Origin: Octopus sinensis
Taxonomy: Eukaryota
Assembly: GCF_006345805.1 (NCBI RefSeq)
Contig: NC_043006.1
Span: 17,174,001 to 17,238,000, forward strand
Length of the DNA stretch: 64,000 bases
Direction: 5' to 3'
Position 1 is the stretch's first letter. The number at the start of each line of letters is the position of its first letter. Positions 49,022 through 62,561 of this stretch are shown here, one piece after another. Both the position numbers and the translations under genes were made by a program. The notes below the pieces were generated by a model. That model searched no databases, was not told the origin of the DNA, and saw nothing but the letters and a program-made list of their open reading frames with translations.

Positions 49022-49376
49022 GATAGCCGATGCGGTACATGCTAATTAATTCATACTGGCCCATATATGAACACAAAAACTAATGTGAACATGAACTGCA
49101 AAAGCAGAAATCTATTGCATCAAATGCCCAAATTGTGAAGAACTGTATGTTGGCCAGACAGGTAATGCACTATCAAAACACTTGCGTGTGCATCAACAAC
49201 AAATTAAAAACCCAGAAGTCTGCCAAATACCACTGAGTAACCATCTGGCAACATGTGGTCGGAAAACTTTTATGATATTCCCATTTCATAAACTTTACAA
49301 CCCGAATGAAATTGAGAGAAAACTGAGAGAAAAGGACTTTATTAAGAAATTCAAACCCAAGCTTAACAAACAATGA
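49022..49376 (+). pseudogene. Penelope-like GIY-YIG endonuclease fragment with upstream CxxC linker
   Basis: RCGTC, NCKSRN, frameshift, IYCIKCPNCEELYVGQT...LRVH...REKDFIKKFKPKLN. Confidence 0.85.
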
Positions 49377-50028
49377 TTAAATTAACCTTATTTGAGGTTT
49401 AAAAATCTTATCCCTATAACTAAAATCTTTAAAAAGTACTGCTGTCATCATTTCTAAAAATAAACATTGAAAAATGGTTTGGCATCATTTCTAAAAATAG
49501 CCAAGCAACTACTCACTGCTGTCCACAGGAATGTATATAAAGAACAAAAGACAGCCAGTCATGATAATTTTTTTGATGTTTTGTGTCCCCAATGTGTTGT
49601 AGCGTCTCAAGACCTTTATGGTTAATAAAAAAATCACTGTTGAAATACTCCTGTCACAATCTGGGACATTGAAGACTGCTAAAATGCAAGAAAGTATACC
49701 AGTCCCTTAATATTTGATATTCAATTTTTCATCTATTCAATAAGACAATCAATACTTCATTCAATTTTACTATATATATATTATTTATACTCTATATTCT
49801 ATATTCTACATTAACATTATAAAGAATATAAATAAAACATAAAAAACAGAGTTGGAATTCCTTTGAATAACACACACATATATATATATGTGTGTGTGTG
49901 TGTGTTATTTTACGTAGCTGAGTAGTATATTCTTGGTTATAGCATATACTACATGACTACATAAAATATAACTGTTCAAAATTTCTTTTAGAATATGCTT
50001 TTTTTTCAGTCTTAGGGACATCTCATTG

Positions 50029-50059
<31 letters not shown>

Positions 50060-50869
50060 AATATATTTACTCAAAAATATGTTATGATCTTCTTTCAGTT
50101 CTTGTTTACCAAACCTACTCACAAGGCTTTGGTTGGCCTGGGGTCCATAATAGAATTCATTTACTTGCAATGCCACTCAATGGGATCAAACCTATAAGCC
50201 ACATGTCTTGGAAGCAAATTTCTTAATCACAAACCCATGCCTATTATTCATGCCTGCAGCTGTTAACCCTGCCTGCTAGTCTTAAAGTCACTCCCATTAC
50301 ATGTGTTTAATTCTGTATACTTTATTTCCATTGTCAAGAAATGTTAACTTTTTGTAGACTAGCTTCTTATCCCGTGGGAGATTTGTCAGTTATTTACTTA
50401 ATATCTTAAAGTTAAAGTTATGTACAAACCTTTAAGTTAACTACCAGCTTTTACAACATTTTAGAGTTTAGAGGCTTGTTTACATTGCATTTTATATTTA
50501 CAGTGAAATGGTTGAAGCTAATGGTTGAAGCTTATGTTAACCCCTTTAGTGTGGAAAGCAGATATATCCATTCAAAATTTAATTCCCCTTAACTGCTGAA
50601 AGCAGTTTTATAAACCAATTTATCTTTTGATGAGGGATGTCATGTTTGAAAGTATTTTCTGATTAGATATGTCAAGTTTATTGAGATAACATCACTTGCA
50701 GAAAACACCAAGTCTACTTTTTTGTTGGATATTTAGCATCATCACTGAAATAACCATGAAATTTCATTTTGCGGTTAAAGAGTTAAGAGGTCCAAGTCTG
50801 TTTCAAATCTGCTGGTTTGTGAGGCCAGGGCTTCTCTGAATTACTGACACATTGACCAACTGAGAGTAG

Positions 50870-51230
50870 TCTTTTACTTGTTTCAGTCATGTGACTGTGG
50901 CCATGCTGGAGCACTGCCTTTAGTCGAGCAAATCGACCCCAGGACTTGTTTTTTGTAAGCCTAGTACTTATTCTATAGGTCTCTTTTGCCGAACTGCTAA
51001 GTTACGGGAACGTAAACACACCAGCATCGGTTGTCAAACGATGTTGGGGGGGACAAACACAGACACACAAACACATACATACACATATATACGACGTGCT
51101 TCTTTCAGTTTCTGTCTACCAAATCCACTCACAAGGCTTTGGTCGGCCCGAGGCTATAGTAGAAGACACTTGCCCAAGGTGCTGTGCAGTGGGACTGAAC
51201 CCAGAACCATGTGATTTGTAAGCCACACAG
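50870..51230 (-). mobile_element. SINE family A
   Basis: Family consensus match. Confidence 0.85.
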
Positions 51231-52403
51231 CCGGATCCATACAAAATTAACCTCTTGTCACTGCTGCTTCTACTGGCATCATTTTCAAGCTGAGTAGACT
51301 AGAGCAACATGAAATGCAGTGACTAGCTGAAGGAAGGGCTCAATGCTTCACCCAGTCATGGAATTGAAACCATAACCTTACGATCAAGAGCTCAAAATAC
51401 TAACCCATTGGCCATTGGCATTTGATCTAAGCTGTTCTTTAATAGGGAAACTTCACACTGTACACAAGTGTCTGACTAGGAATAGTTCCCTCATCAGTCA
51501 GAATATTACTGTTATAGTTATATATAGTCAGTACCAGGTGTTGATGTGGCTGTGTGTATTTTATTACAAGAGTTCATAAAAAGATGAATAAATTCAAGAA
51601 CTATATATTTACTACATAAAAATATATTTTATTTACTGGTCGATGATGATACATAATGAAAATGTAGAATCTAGTTGAATGAAGTAATCTATGCAAGAAA
51701 GTTCAGAGATAGAAAATGTAGAAATAATAGCTAAGCTGTGGTTTTTAGTCATGTAACATAGAGAAATAGACTGACATAGCAATGACATGAATCTAATCGA
51801 CTTAGAAGCGAAGAACAGGGTTAGCAAGCTGTTTTTATTAATGGAACGCCAGACATTCTAGAAACTTCCAAGAGAAATGCTAAGCTTCTTGAATAATTAA
51901 GACTCGGGTCCCATGACACAGACGCTTCGAGAAACTTAGGAAGGGAGGTTACTCTATAATCTTTTTTGCAAGGGAGATCATTCAAATACCTAGCTACTAC
52001 TACATTAGCATCCTGATGTCTGTTAGCTGTGAATCTTAGTCTATATATGGTATGATACCATTCTATACTAGTAGTACAAAAGTTCTTTAACGGTGCTTTT
52101 AGACAGCGAAAATACCAGCACTTATGGGTTTTTGTTAATCGATGGGGAAGCAGAGATAAGCAATTAAATATTTAATGAGCTCTGTATTTTTGATTGATCG
52201 GTGCATTGAATTAGATTATTTCATTTGCCTTGGGTTTACACTTTAGTTCCAGAATAGTCTGCAACTGCTGTTGAGTAATGTAAAGCACTCAGCAAGATAA
52301 GTTTCAAGTACATATCACTGTGTGTGTGTTGTGTGTGTGTGTGTGTGTGTGTGTATATACACATACATATTCACATGCATATATGCACATATATATATAT
52401 ATA

Positions 52404-52803
52404 GGCGCAGGAGTGGCTGTGTGGTAAGTAGCTTGCTTACCAACCACATGGTTCCGGGTTCTGTCCCACTGCGTGGCACCTTGGGCAAGTGTCTTCTACT
52501 ATAGTCTTGGGCCGACCAAAGCCTTGTGAGTGGGTTTGGTAGACGGAAACTGAAAGAAGCCTGTCGTATATATGTATATATATATATGCGTGTGTGTGTT
52601 TGTCCCCGTAGCATTGCTTGACAACCGATGCTGGTGTGTTTATGTCCCCGTCACTTAGCGGTTCGGCAAAAAGAGACCGATAGAATAAGTACTGGGCTTA
52701 CAAAAGAATAAGTCCCGGGGTCGAGTTGCTCGATTAAAGGCGGTGCTCCAGCATGGCCGCAGTCAAATGACTGAAACAAGTAAAAGAGTAAAGAGTAAAG
52801 AGT
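52404..52803 (+). mobile_element. SINE family A, full length
   Basis: Family consensus match. Confidence 0.85.
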
Positions 52804-53023
52804 ATATGTGCATACACACACAAACTCACACATATATGTGCATATGTATATATTTATCTGTGTGTGTACATGCATACGTATATATGTATATATATATATA
52901 TTCCTCATTCGCATAATCACCGAATCTGGAGTTTAACTATAGTCTGTCCATAACACTTACTCAGCATTACCTGACAACTTTGGGTCTTATTGATACCGTT
53001 ACCTCTCATAACCTCTCTCTCTT

Positions 53024-53084
<61 letters not shown>

Positions 53085-53119
53085 ATGCACATATATACAT
53101 GTATGTATGCATGTACATG

Positions 53120-53480
53120 TGGAGGCATGTGGCTTCGTAGTTAGAATGTTCAGTGAAGGCACATGGCTCAGTGGTTAGAGCATCAGGCTCACAATCATGT
53201 GGAAGTGAGTTTGATTCCCGGAACAGGCTGTTAGATGTGTTCTTGAGCAAGACACTTTATTTCACATTGCTCCAGTTCACTCAGCTGGCAAAAATGAGTT
53301 ATGACATCACTAATGCTAAAATGTATCGGCCCCTTTGCCTTTCCCTTGGATAACATCAGTGGCATGGAGAGGGGATGCTGGTATGCATGGGCAACTGCTG
53401 GTCTTCCATAAACAACCTTGCCTGGACTTTTGCCTTGGAGGGCACAACTTTCTGTGCAATCCCATGGTCATTCATGACTG
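53120..53480 (+). mobile_element. SINE family D with duplicated head
   Basis: Matches reverse complement of 30811-31140. Confidence 0.75.
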
Positions 53481-53589
53481 AAGAGAGTCTTTACTTTCAC
53501 TTTTTTTACATTGATGTTCATAAGATTGTGGTTTTAATTTCTGGACCAAGCAATGCATTGTGTTCTTGAGCAAAGCACTTCATTCCGTG

Positions 53590-54010
53590 TTGCTCCAATC
53601 CACTCGGTTTATTTCTTTATTGCCCACAAGAGGCTAAACATAGAGGGGACAAACAAAGGGATTCAGATGATTATATTGACCCCAGTGCATAACTGGTACT
53701 TATTTAATCGACCCCGAAAGGATGAAAGGCTAAGTCAACCTCGGTGGAATTTGAACTCACAATGTAGCGGCAGACGAAATATCTATTTCTTTACTACCCA
53801 CAAGGGGCTAAACGCAGAGGGGACAAACAAGGACAGACAAACTGATTAAGTCGATTACATCGACCCCAGTTCGTAACTGGTACTTATTTAATCAACCCTG
53901 AAAGATGAAAGGCTATGTCGACCTCAGTGGAATTTGAACTCCGAATGTAGTGGCAGACGAAATATCGTTAAGAATTTCGCCTGGCGTGCTAACGATTCTG
54001 CCAGCTCGCT
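53590..54010 (-). mobile_element. Two tandem Nin/Deu-like SINEs
   Basis: Two successive reverse complements of the 56168-56403 unit. Confidence 0.75.
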
Positions 54011-54624
54011 GGCACTCAGCTGGCAAAAATGAGTTATCTTGTGGTAGACTGACATTCCATTGAGAGAGCCGAGGGTAGAATGGAAGTCACAAAATCTGGG
54101 GAATCTGTGTTGTAAGCCGATGGCTCAGTAAGAACCTTGGTCTTTTTTGCATGCACTTGTATATATTTATATTTTCTGTTTAATCCTATAGTGTTTAAGC
54201 TGGCCTTGTCTAGCTCAAATATTCCAACCACTTATATGTTCAAACTGGCAAGATTTGGCCTTTTACACCTACCCTACAATGTCATTCTAAAACTAAACAA
54301 ATACACCATTGAAATCTCAAAGCTTCAAGATAATACATGATTAATTCAAAACAGTGTGAATTAATTGGCTTTACATTTGACAGAGTAATCTGACTGCGAA
54401 AGGGTTAGAGCCTACTTTATAAGCTTGCACGACTTGATAGAATTCTTTGAGACAAACTTTTTAATGGTTGGATGCTCTTCTTGTAATCAATTCTCACCTG
54501 TTTCCATATAAGGTAATATTTCTCCTTGGCTAGATATGTTTTTACAGAAGATTGGGAAATGAAATGACACTTTTCCTATCATGTTTACAACTCTTGTTAC
54601 TTGATGTCAAGACACGGAAGCGCA

Positions 54625-54628
54625 TACA

Positions 54629-54674
<46 letters not shown>

Positions 54675-55065
54675 CACACACACACACACACACACAGTCA
54701 CACACACACACACAGTCACACACACATGCACGGACACACACAGACAGTCACACATGCACAGACACACACTCACATATCATCATCACACACACACACTCAC
54801 AGAGTGAAACACACACACACACACACAGTCACACACACATACACAGTCTCTCTCACACACACACACACATACAGTCTCTCACACATACATATACAGTCTC
54901 TCACATGCACACACACACACACATACAGCCTCTCACACACATGCACACACACACACACACACACGGAGTCATGCATATGCACAGACACACACACACATGC
55001 TCACAGAGTCACACGTACACAGACACACACTCACACTCACACATCATCATCATCACCATCACTAT
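54625..55065. repeat. Interrupted (CA)n microsatellite, ~440 bp
   Basis: Direct reading. Confidence 0.95.
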
Positions 55066-55275
55066 TTAACGTCTGTTTTCTAATGTACTCTCGTTAAAAT
55101 GATGATGATGATGATGCTACTGCTGTTGCTGCTAACGATGACAACAGGCAAGGATAGACTAGAGTTATTGATAGTCCCAGCATTCATAACTTATAATGTA
55201 GAAGGGGACTCTGTTGAAGACTTACGTGTGTGTGTACGTACATACATACATACATACATGCATACTTCAACAAAA

Positions 55276-55680
55276 TAGTGGCTGTGTGGTAAGTAGCTTG
55301 CTAACCAACCACATGGTTCCGGGTTCAGTCCCACTGCGTGGCATCTTGGGCAAGTGTCTTCTGCTATAGCCCCGGGCCGACCAATGCCTTGTGAGTGGAT
55401 TTGGTAGACGAAAACTGAAAGAAGCCTGTCGTATATATGTATATATATATATATGTGTGTATATATATGTTTGTGTGTCTGTGTTTGTCCCCCTAGCATT
55501 GCTTGACAACCGATGCTGGTGTGTTTACGTCCCCGTCACTTAGCGTTTCGGCAAAAGAGACCGATAGAATAAGTACTGGGCTTACAAAGAATAAGTCCCG
55601 GGGTCGATTTGCTCGACTAAAGGCGGTGCTCCAGCATGGCCGCAGTCAAATGACTGAAACAAGTAAAAGAGTAAAAGAGT
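55276..55680 (+). mobile_element. SINE family A
   Basis: Family consensus match. Confidence 0.85.
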
Positions 55681-56167
55681 ATATATATATATAAGGGGAC
55701 AAAAACTAAGCATTATCAAGTGGCAATAGATTAGATTGTTATTTAGCAAACATTTTGACAAATTCATCGAGATGAATAATTGATAGTTGAAATACCTAAT
55801 AATTTGTATTCATATCTCTTTATTCATTATTTCCTGAGATTCATACTGTATATTTATGTTTAATTTACGACCACATTAACTTCTGTATTGAGTTACTTTC
55901 CGTCCACTTGTTCATCTGGAACACTGTTAATTAAACAGTATAACTCATAAGCTGTTGTCATTATAGCTTATCAACTGTATAATTTATTGTCTATTTAAGT
56001 AAGATATTATGTGGTTTTATTTTCTAAATAACTGATAAACAGGTTTATCAAATAAACATTATATAAGGTTCAGAAATGTTATATATTTTTCACACTGTAG
56101 TGTAGGTACAAGCATTGCTGTGTGGTTAAGAATTTTGCTTCCCAACCACATGGTATTGGGTTCAGTC

Positions 56168-56403
56168 AAAAAGGCGGCGAGCTGGCAGATACGTTAGCAC
56201 GCCGGGCGAAATGCCTAGCCGTATTTCGTCTGCCGTTACGTTCTCAGTTCAAATTCTGCTGAGGTTGACTTTGCCTTTCATCCTTTCGGGGTCGATTAAA
56301 TAAGTACCAGTTACGCACTGAGATCGATATAATCAACTTAATCCGTGTGTCTGTCCTTGTTTGTCCTCTCTGTGTTTAACCCCTTGTGGGTAGTAAAGAA
56401 ATA
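56168..56403 (+). mobile_element. Nin/Deu-like SINE inserted in a family A SINE, with 16-bp TSD
   Basis: GGTATTGGGTTCAGTC at 56152-56167 and 56404-56419. Confidence 0.9.
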
Positions 56404-57202
56404 GGTATTGGGTTCAGTCCCACTGTGTGGCATCTTTGGCAAGTGTCTTCCGCTATAGCCTCAGACTGACCAAAGTCTTGTGTGTGGATTTAGTAAACAG
56501 AAACTGAAAGACATCCATTGTGTGCATGTATATACGTGTGTATGTTTGTGCTTCCTTGCCTTGATTTGTTTTGTTTGTTCCTTCTCGAGCCATGCCTGGC
56601 TCATAGGGCCGGTTTCCCAGTTTCCTTGGCATATAGGGTCCCCACCTGGACGGGACGCCAGTCCGTCGCAGGTGAGCTGCAAGATGCAGAAGGAAAGAGT
56701 GAGAGAAAGTTGTGGCGAAAGAGTCAGCAGAAGTTCGCCATTACCTTCTGCCAAAGCTGCGTGGAGCTTAGGTGTTTCGCTCATAAACAAACACATCACC
56801 CGGTTTGAGATTCAAACCCACGATCCCTCGACTGTGAGTCTGCTGCTCTAACCACTAGGCCATGTGCTTCCACATGTGCCCTTTTAAAGCCTAGCCAGGC
56901 TCATGGGTCCGGTTTCCCAGTTTCTATGGCGTATGTGTTCCCCAGCTGGACGGGACACCAGTCCATTGCAGCGTTACTCATTTTTGCCAGCTGAGCGGAC
57001 TGGAGTGAAATGAAGTGTTTTGCTCAAGAACACAACACATCGCCCAGTCCAGGAATCGAAACCACAATCCAGTTATGTAGCGGCAGCAACACCAATCCAG
57101 ATATTGTATCAGGTGTTTTACTTTTAGTAAAATTGGTCGGCTTCAAGCTGGCCAGAATATTTCTCAACATATAAAAAAAGACCTACAAAGATATTCAGTG
57201 GA

Positions 57203-57635
57203 AATGGCTGTGTGGTAAGAAGCTTGCTTCCCAACCACATGGTTCCAGGTTCAGTCCCACTGCATGGCATCTTGGGCATCTTCTACTATAGCCAAAGGCT
57301 GACCAAAGCATTGTAAATGGATTTGGTAGATGAAAACTGAAAGAAACCTGTCATATGTATATATATATACATATTATATGTACAGGGTACATATAATGTG
57401 TGTGTGTGTGTGTGTGTGTGTATTTTTGTTTCTGTGTTTGTCCCCTTCATAGCTTGACAACCAGTGTTTGTGTGTTTATGTCCAGTAACTTAGCGGTTTG
57501 GCAAAAGAGACCAATAGAATAAGTACTAGACTTAAAAAATATGTCCTGGGGTCTATTTCTTCAACTAAAACCTTTCAAGGCAATGTTCCAGCATGACTGC
57601 AGTCAAATGACTGAAACAAATCAAAGAATAAAAGA
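57203..57635 (+). mobile_element. SINE family A, older copy
   Basis: Family consensus match with CpG loss. Confidence 0.8.
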
Positions 57636-58092
57636 ATATAAGATTGCATGTACATATACACCTGATAGGATGGCACCAAAAATTGGTAATTACTAGGATA
57701 CAGGTGTATCATTTGCTGAGATTTTCAAATATAGCTAATTGCTGACTCTCAGTATAAAACATCCAATTATTTTGACTGTGTTAATTGGGCCATAACTAAT
57801 ATAGGGGGGAAATTTGGAATCTCGGGGAACTGATGACTGTGTCAGCATTAGTTAGTTCTTAGAAGAATTTATTGAAGAGTTTGGAAGAGTGAAGGATCTA
57901 ATATTTTGGTTTCTTGCCTTTGTTGTGAGAGTGAGGAAGATTGGAAAGATGGAATGAAGAAAACAGAAGATGGACAATACTTTCTCTTGCCTTAGCTGTT
58001 AGCTGGTTGACAACACTGGTTGTCAAGCTGTGAAGGGGACAAACACAGAAACACACACACGCACGCATGCAAGCACGCACGCATGCACGCAC

Positions 58093-58134
<42 letters not shown>

Positions 58135-58252
58135 CATGATGAATAAACTGTTGTTTAAATTACACAAACATGAAAATAACACTGACATCTCTTATTAATA
58201 GATATATTTACCAAAATTACATAAAAATATCTTGAAATACTAATGAGTAAAT

Positions 58253-58375
58253 TTATTCAATAAAATCGCGCTTGGCTTCAACCACATCCTCCAGACGATT
58301 TTGGAATCTCCTGCAACTCTTCTGGATGGTCTCCATGTTTAAGCTGATGAATGCTACCATAATCCTTGCTTTAGC
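58253..58375 (-). pseudogene. Tc1/mariner transposase C-terminal fragment
   Basis: KARIMVAFISLNMETIQKSCRRFQNRLEDVVEAKRDFIE* fits the C-terminal C..F..RL..V....G..IE pattern. Confidence 0.65.
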
Positions 58376-58425
58376 TGTTAGCTAGCAGGAGAAAGTATTG
58401 TTACTTTAGCCATGAGTTAATGAAT

Positions 58426-59060
58426 TTAACCGTTTAGCATTTAAACCACGCCAATTATTCTACATGATTAACGTTCAAATCGATCAGCTCTGGCTTCTCA
58501 CACCTACCTTATGACATCATTATAATAATAAACTGTCATACAATCGAAATCTCAAAGCCATGAGATAGTGCATGAGTAATTGAATACATTGTGAATAAAT
58601 AACCGTGCTGGTGGCACATGACCTGCTGTGCTTGAGGAGACCTATTGAGTCAAGTACATCAACATCGAAATAAATATCAAATGGAAATTGTAATCGTGAT
58701 ACCTGTGCCGGTGGCACGTAAAAAGCACCATTTGAACATGGCTGATACCAGCGCCATCTTGACTGGTTTCTGTGCCAGTGGCACGTAAAAAGCACCAACT
58801 GATCGTGGCTGCTGCCAGCCTCCCCTGGCACCTGTGCTGGTGGCACGTAAAAAGCACCCACTACACTCATGGAGTGGTTGGCGTTACGAAGGGCATCCAG
58901 CTGTAGAAGCACTGCCACATCAGACTGGAGCCTGGTGCAGCCTCTTGGCTTCCCAGACCCCGTTCAAACCGTCCAACCCGTGCTAGCATGGAAAATGGAC
59001 GTTAAACGATGATGATGATGATGATATATTTGACAGAATAATCTGAATGCTAAAAGGTTA
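58426..59060. mobile_element. piggyBac-like MITE (family 2) interrupted by an RTE 3' fragment (~58603-59023, +)
   Basis: MITE halves rejoin around the RTE tail sequence. Confidence 0.7.
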
Positions 59061-59526
59061 TTCCTTTTGATATTAACCTACCTGAGACTGCCCCTGATTT
59101 TGATACAAAACTTCAGGCTTAAATTGATTTTTATTAAAGACTTTCCTCAAAACTTCCTGTTAATTTATGCTCCAGATTTTAAATAAACGACTGTATTATT
59201 TTATCAACTTCTTCATTAATTTCAAAATTAGCTGAAGCAAAAACACTTTATTTAAGCATAACTCAACAATAAGTCTAGTTTTAGTTTTTATCATTGAAAA
59301 TGTTATCTGTCTAATAAAGCTGCTCTCAGGAAGAAAACATTATGTGATGATGTGCTCAGATTACAATATGTTTAAGCTCTCTCTCAGACAGATTCACTGT
59401 ATTAATGTGAAATATTACCATGCTACATGTAGAAAGTAAGATAATACTTCTAAATATACCAAATGTCTAAGCCCAGGCACAGCTGTCTGATTAAGAATTT
59501 TACAGCTTTCCGATTAAGAAATTTTG

Positions 59527-59572
<46 letters not shown>

Positions 59573-59599
59573 CATATATATACATATATATATATATAT

Positions 59600-59803
59600 G
59601 TGACCGCATGTGTACCGTTGGCGATTTTTTTTTCCTCTGTCTTCCCTTCTCTGGATCTTCCCTTCTCCTATGTTTCCGACGAAGAGCTCCGCTCGAAACG
59701 TTAAACCCTCCTTCTTTCCTTCTTTCCTGAGCGTCCAATAATACTATATTTGTTCCACGTCCTTGCGTTGTGTTTTTTTGTGCTTTCATATTTGGATTAA
59801 CTT
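59600..59803 (+). mobile_element. PLE pseudo-LTR-type repeat
   Basis: Contains the hammerhead-like motif below; partial copies at ~3095-3175 and ~23685-23760. Confidence 0.6.
59672..59706 (+). ncRNA. Minimal type-I hammerhead-like motif (C4 variant, all helices intact)
   Basis: GTTT-CCGACGA-A-GAGC-TCC-GCTC-GAAACGT-T-AAAC; palindromic ACGT helix III. Confidence 0.6.
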
Positions 59804-61899
59804 TATATATATATATATATATTTCTTTTCAAGCAGAGTAATATTCTTCCATTGTCAGGCATGCTTTTCTTAGAAGATTGGAAATGAACAATATTGTTTG
59901 TATGATGTTTGTTTGCGACCATCACATGATGCCAAGACAAGGGCACGTACACACACACACATGATGGGATTCTTTCAGTTTCCATCTACCAAATCCACTC
60001 ACAAGGCTTTGGTCAGCCTGGGAGTTGTAGCAGAAGACTTTTGCCCAAGGTGACACAAAATAGGACTGAACTAGAGACCACATGGTTGGAAAGTGTGTGT
60101 GTGTGTGCGTGTGCGTGTGTCCACACGTCTGTGTGTGTGGATATGTAAACAAGCATCACAGTCATACAGTATTTCATGAAATATGTGAAAAAATTAAGAA
60201 AATCTGAAAAATTTTCTTTTGGTAAAAATGCTACTGAGGTGTTTCTGGTTCTTGCAGTATAGGGAGGTGTTTTCAAAGTAATATGGTAAAACTGCTTTCC
60301 ACAGGTAAATTTCTCCTGCTACCTGACAGCTAAAGCAAGAGAAAATATCGTCCATCTTTCATTGTCATCGTTCTGTCTGTCCAGTCTTCACTCTCGCAAC
60401 AAAGACAAGAGACCAAATTAGTAGATCCTTCACTCTTCACTAGAATGAATGTTACCCAACTGGATGCTCATTTGTTGAAATTGACTGTAGAGTCCACCAC
60501 ACCCATCATGTCCTTCAGTTTTAAGACAGTACAGTACAGTAGTTTGAGGAATTTGGTTGCTCTTTCTAGCAGCTCATTTGACCACAGTCTTCCTTGGCTT
60601 GTAAATTGATTAGGTTAACTATGGAGCTGGGTAAAATGGGTTTCAGTTTGTGCCTGTATATGTGTGTGGTAATCTCATTTCCCCTGAATTTATTAGAGGG
60701 AAAGTACAGACCAATACTTCTTACAATAGTAATTAAATTTCATAGCTACTTTGATGTGTATATAAGTCAGTATTTATCTGAATCAAAGTAAAGAAAAATT
60801 TGAAAAATTCAAGGAGAAATGTTTACTGTGTGTTTGTTTTCATTTTACCAGATATTCTACTTATGAACAAATTTCTACTTCGTAGATACACTAGTAGACT
60901 GATTTCCTAGTTTTTAACTAATTGACTAAAATACTGTACTGTCATTTCTATTGAAAAGTATAAACACACACACACACACACACCACACACACACACACAC
61001 ATGTCTATATATGGCGTGGCATTTCCTTTTGTTTGCTCCTGTCCTTTCAAGGTTGTCTGTGGTAGTCAGCTGCAATCTTCTTTAATGACCCATGAGAAAT
61101 TAAACAACATTGTTCCATAATAATAAAAGTATATAAAGACTTCGTTTGAAAAGAATTTCAAACTCCCTGCATGAGAATGTGGAGGAGGGGGGGAATGGAA
61201 ATATGAAAGTGTTTAACAAAATTTACTACATTGGAAGATTGTAAATTTTTTTTTCACAAAAAAATGATTCTTTTTCAAACATTTTGTTAAATATTTCAGC
61301 CCCAGTTGAGGTTGTCTATTTTCCAAAGTACACAATTAGGATCGCTCTCTCTCTCTCTCTCCCCCTCTCTCTCTCTCTCTCACACACACACAGATAGAGT
61401 GAGAGAGAGGGAGTGAAAAAAGTAAAACAACTAATTATATGAATATATATATAATTTGTTATTAAATGAAGAAAACAATAACATTTTTACTTTAAAACAA
61501 AAACTAAAAGCTGTTAAAAACTCCTTATAATTTTGGGATTGGTCTTTTAAAAAGAAAGCAAGCCGTCATAGGAAATTTGGGAGTTAAGGATTACAGGACA
61601 ATGACGACAACAACGACAACCATCATCATCATCGTCATTGTTTTAATGTCCACTTTTCCATGTTTGTATGGATGAGACAGAATTTGTTGAGGCATATTTT
61701 CTACAGCTGAATTCCTTTTCTGTTACCAACCCTGACCTGTTTCCAAGTAAGGTAATATTTCCACTTAGCCAAATGTTTTTCATAGAAGACTGGGAAAGAA
61801 CAGCGTGGCTTGTATGATAGAGATGCTCATTTTATATACATCATGTGATATTGGACACACACACAAACATTTATATTCTTTCTACTAAAGGCACAAAGC

Positions 61900-62200
61900 C
61901 TGATATTTTGTGGTAGGAGGCTAGTTGATGACATCGATCCCAGTGCACAACAGGTATTTCTTATTTCTTTATTGCCCACAAGGGGCTAAACATAGAGGGG
62001 ACAAACAAGGACAGACACACGGATTAAGTTGATAACATCAACCCCAGTGCATAACTGGTACTTAATTTATCGACCCCCAAAAGGATGAAAGGCAAAATTG
62101 ACCTCGGTGGAATTTGAACTCAGAACGTAGCAGCAGACGAAATACCACTAAGCATTTCATCCGGCGTGCTAGCGTTTCTGCCAGCTTGCTGCCTTAAGTG
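61900..62200 (-). mobile_element. Nin/Deu-like SINE (nested copies)
   Basis: Reverse complement of the family unit. Confidence 0.75.
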
Positions 62201-62394
62201 CACAACTGGTATTTCTGTCATCAAACTCTATGTCATCAATCATGAAAGGATGAAAAGCAAAGTCGATCTTGGTAGAATTTGAACTCAGAATATAATAATT
62301 CTGCCATCTCACCTTATATATATATATGTTGATTCACTAGCTTCTGCACGCATTTTTTCTCTCCTTGTTTCTTTCCGTGTTTCTTTTCTGTGTA

Positions 62395-62432
62395 TCTTTC
62401 TGTTGAAGAGCGTAGGCTCGAAACGTAAAAGA
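62395..62432 (+). ncRNA. Minimal type-I hammerhead-like motif (U6 variant) in PLE-type repeat ~62340-62530
   Basis: TCTTT-CTGTTGA-A-GAGC-GTAG-GCTC-GAAACGT-A-AAAGA: 5-bp helix I, GUA triplet. Confidence 0.55.
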
Positions 62433-62528
62433 CTTGTTTTATTTATATTCCTGAGCGCCATACTAATACAATTGTTTGTTTGTATTCCACCTGCCTTCGT
62501 CTTTTGTTTATTTTCATAAAGCTTTCCG

Positions 62529-62561
<33 letters not shown>

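Noticed and set aside
51691-52320. Protein-like frame punctuated by stops, suggesting an alternative genetic code or read-through
   Set aside because: About 16 stops of all three types in ~210 codons is what AT-rich random sequence gives; no recognisable motif
54552-55097. 181-aa His/Thr-rich ORF
   Set aside because: Translation of a (CA)n microsatellite
60441-60610. 54-codon open frame after a cactag acceptor
   Set aside because: Largely made of old dispersed repeat sequence also seen near 9960
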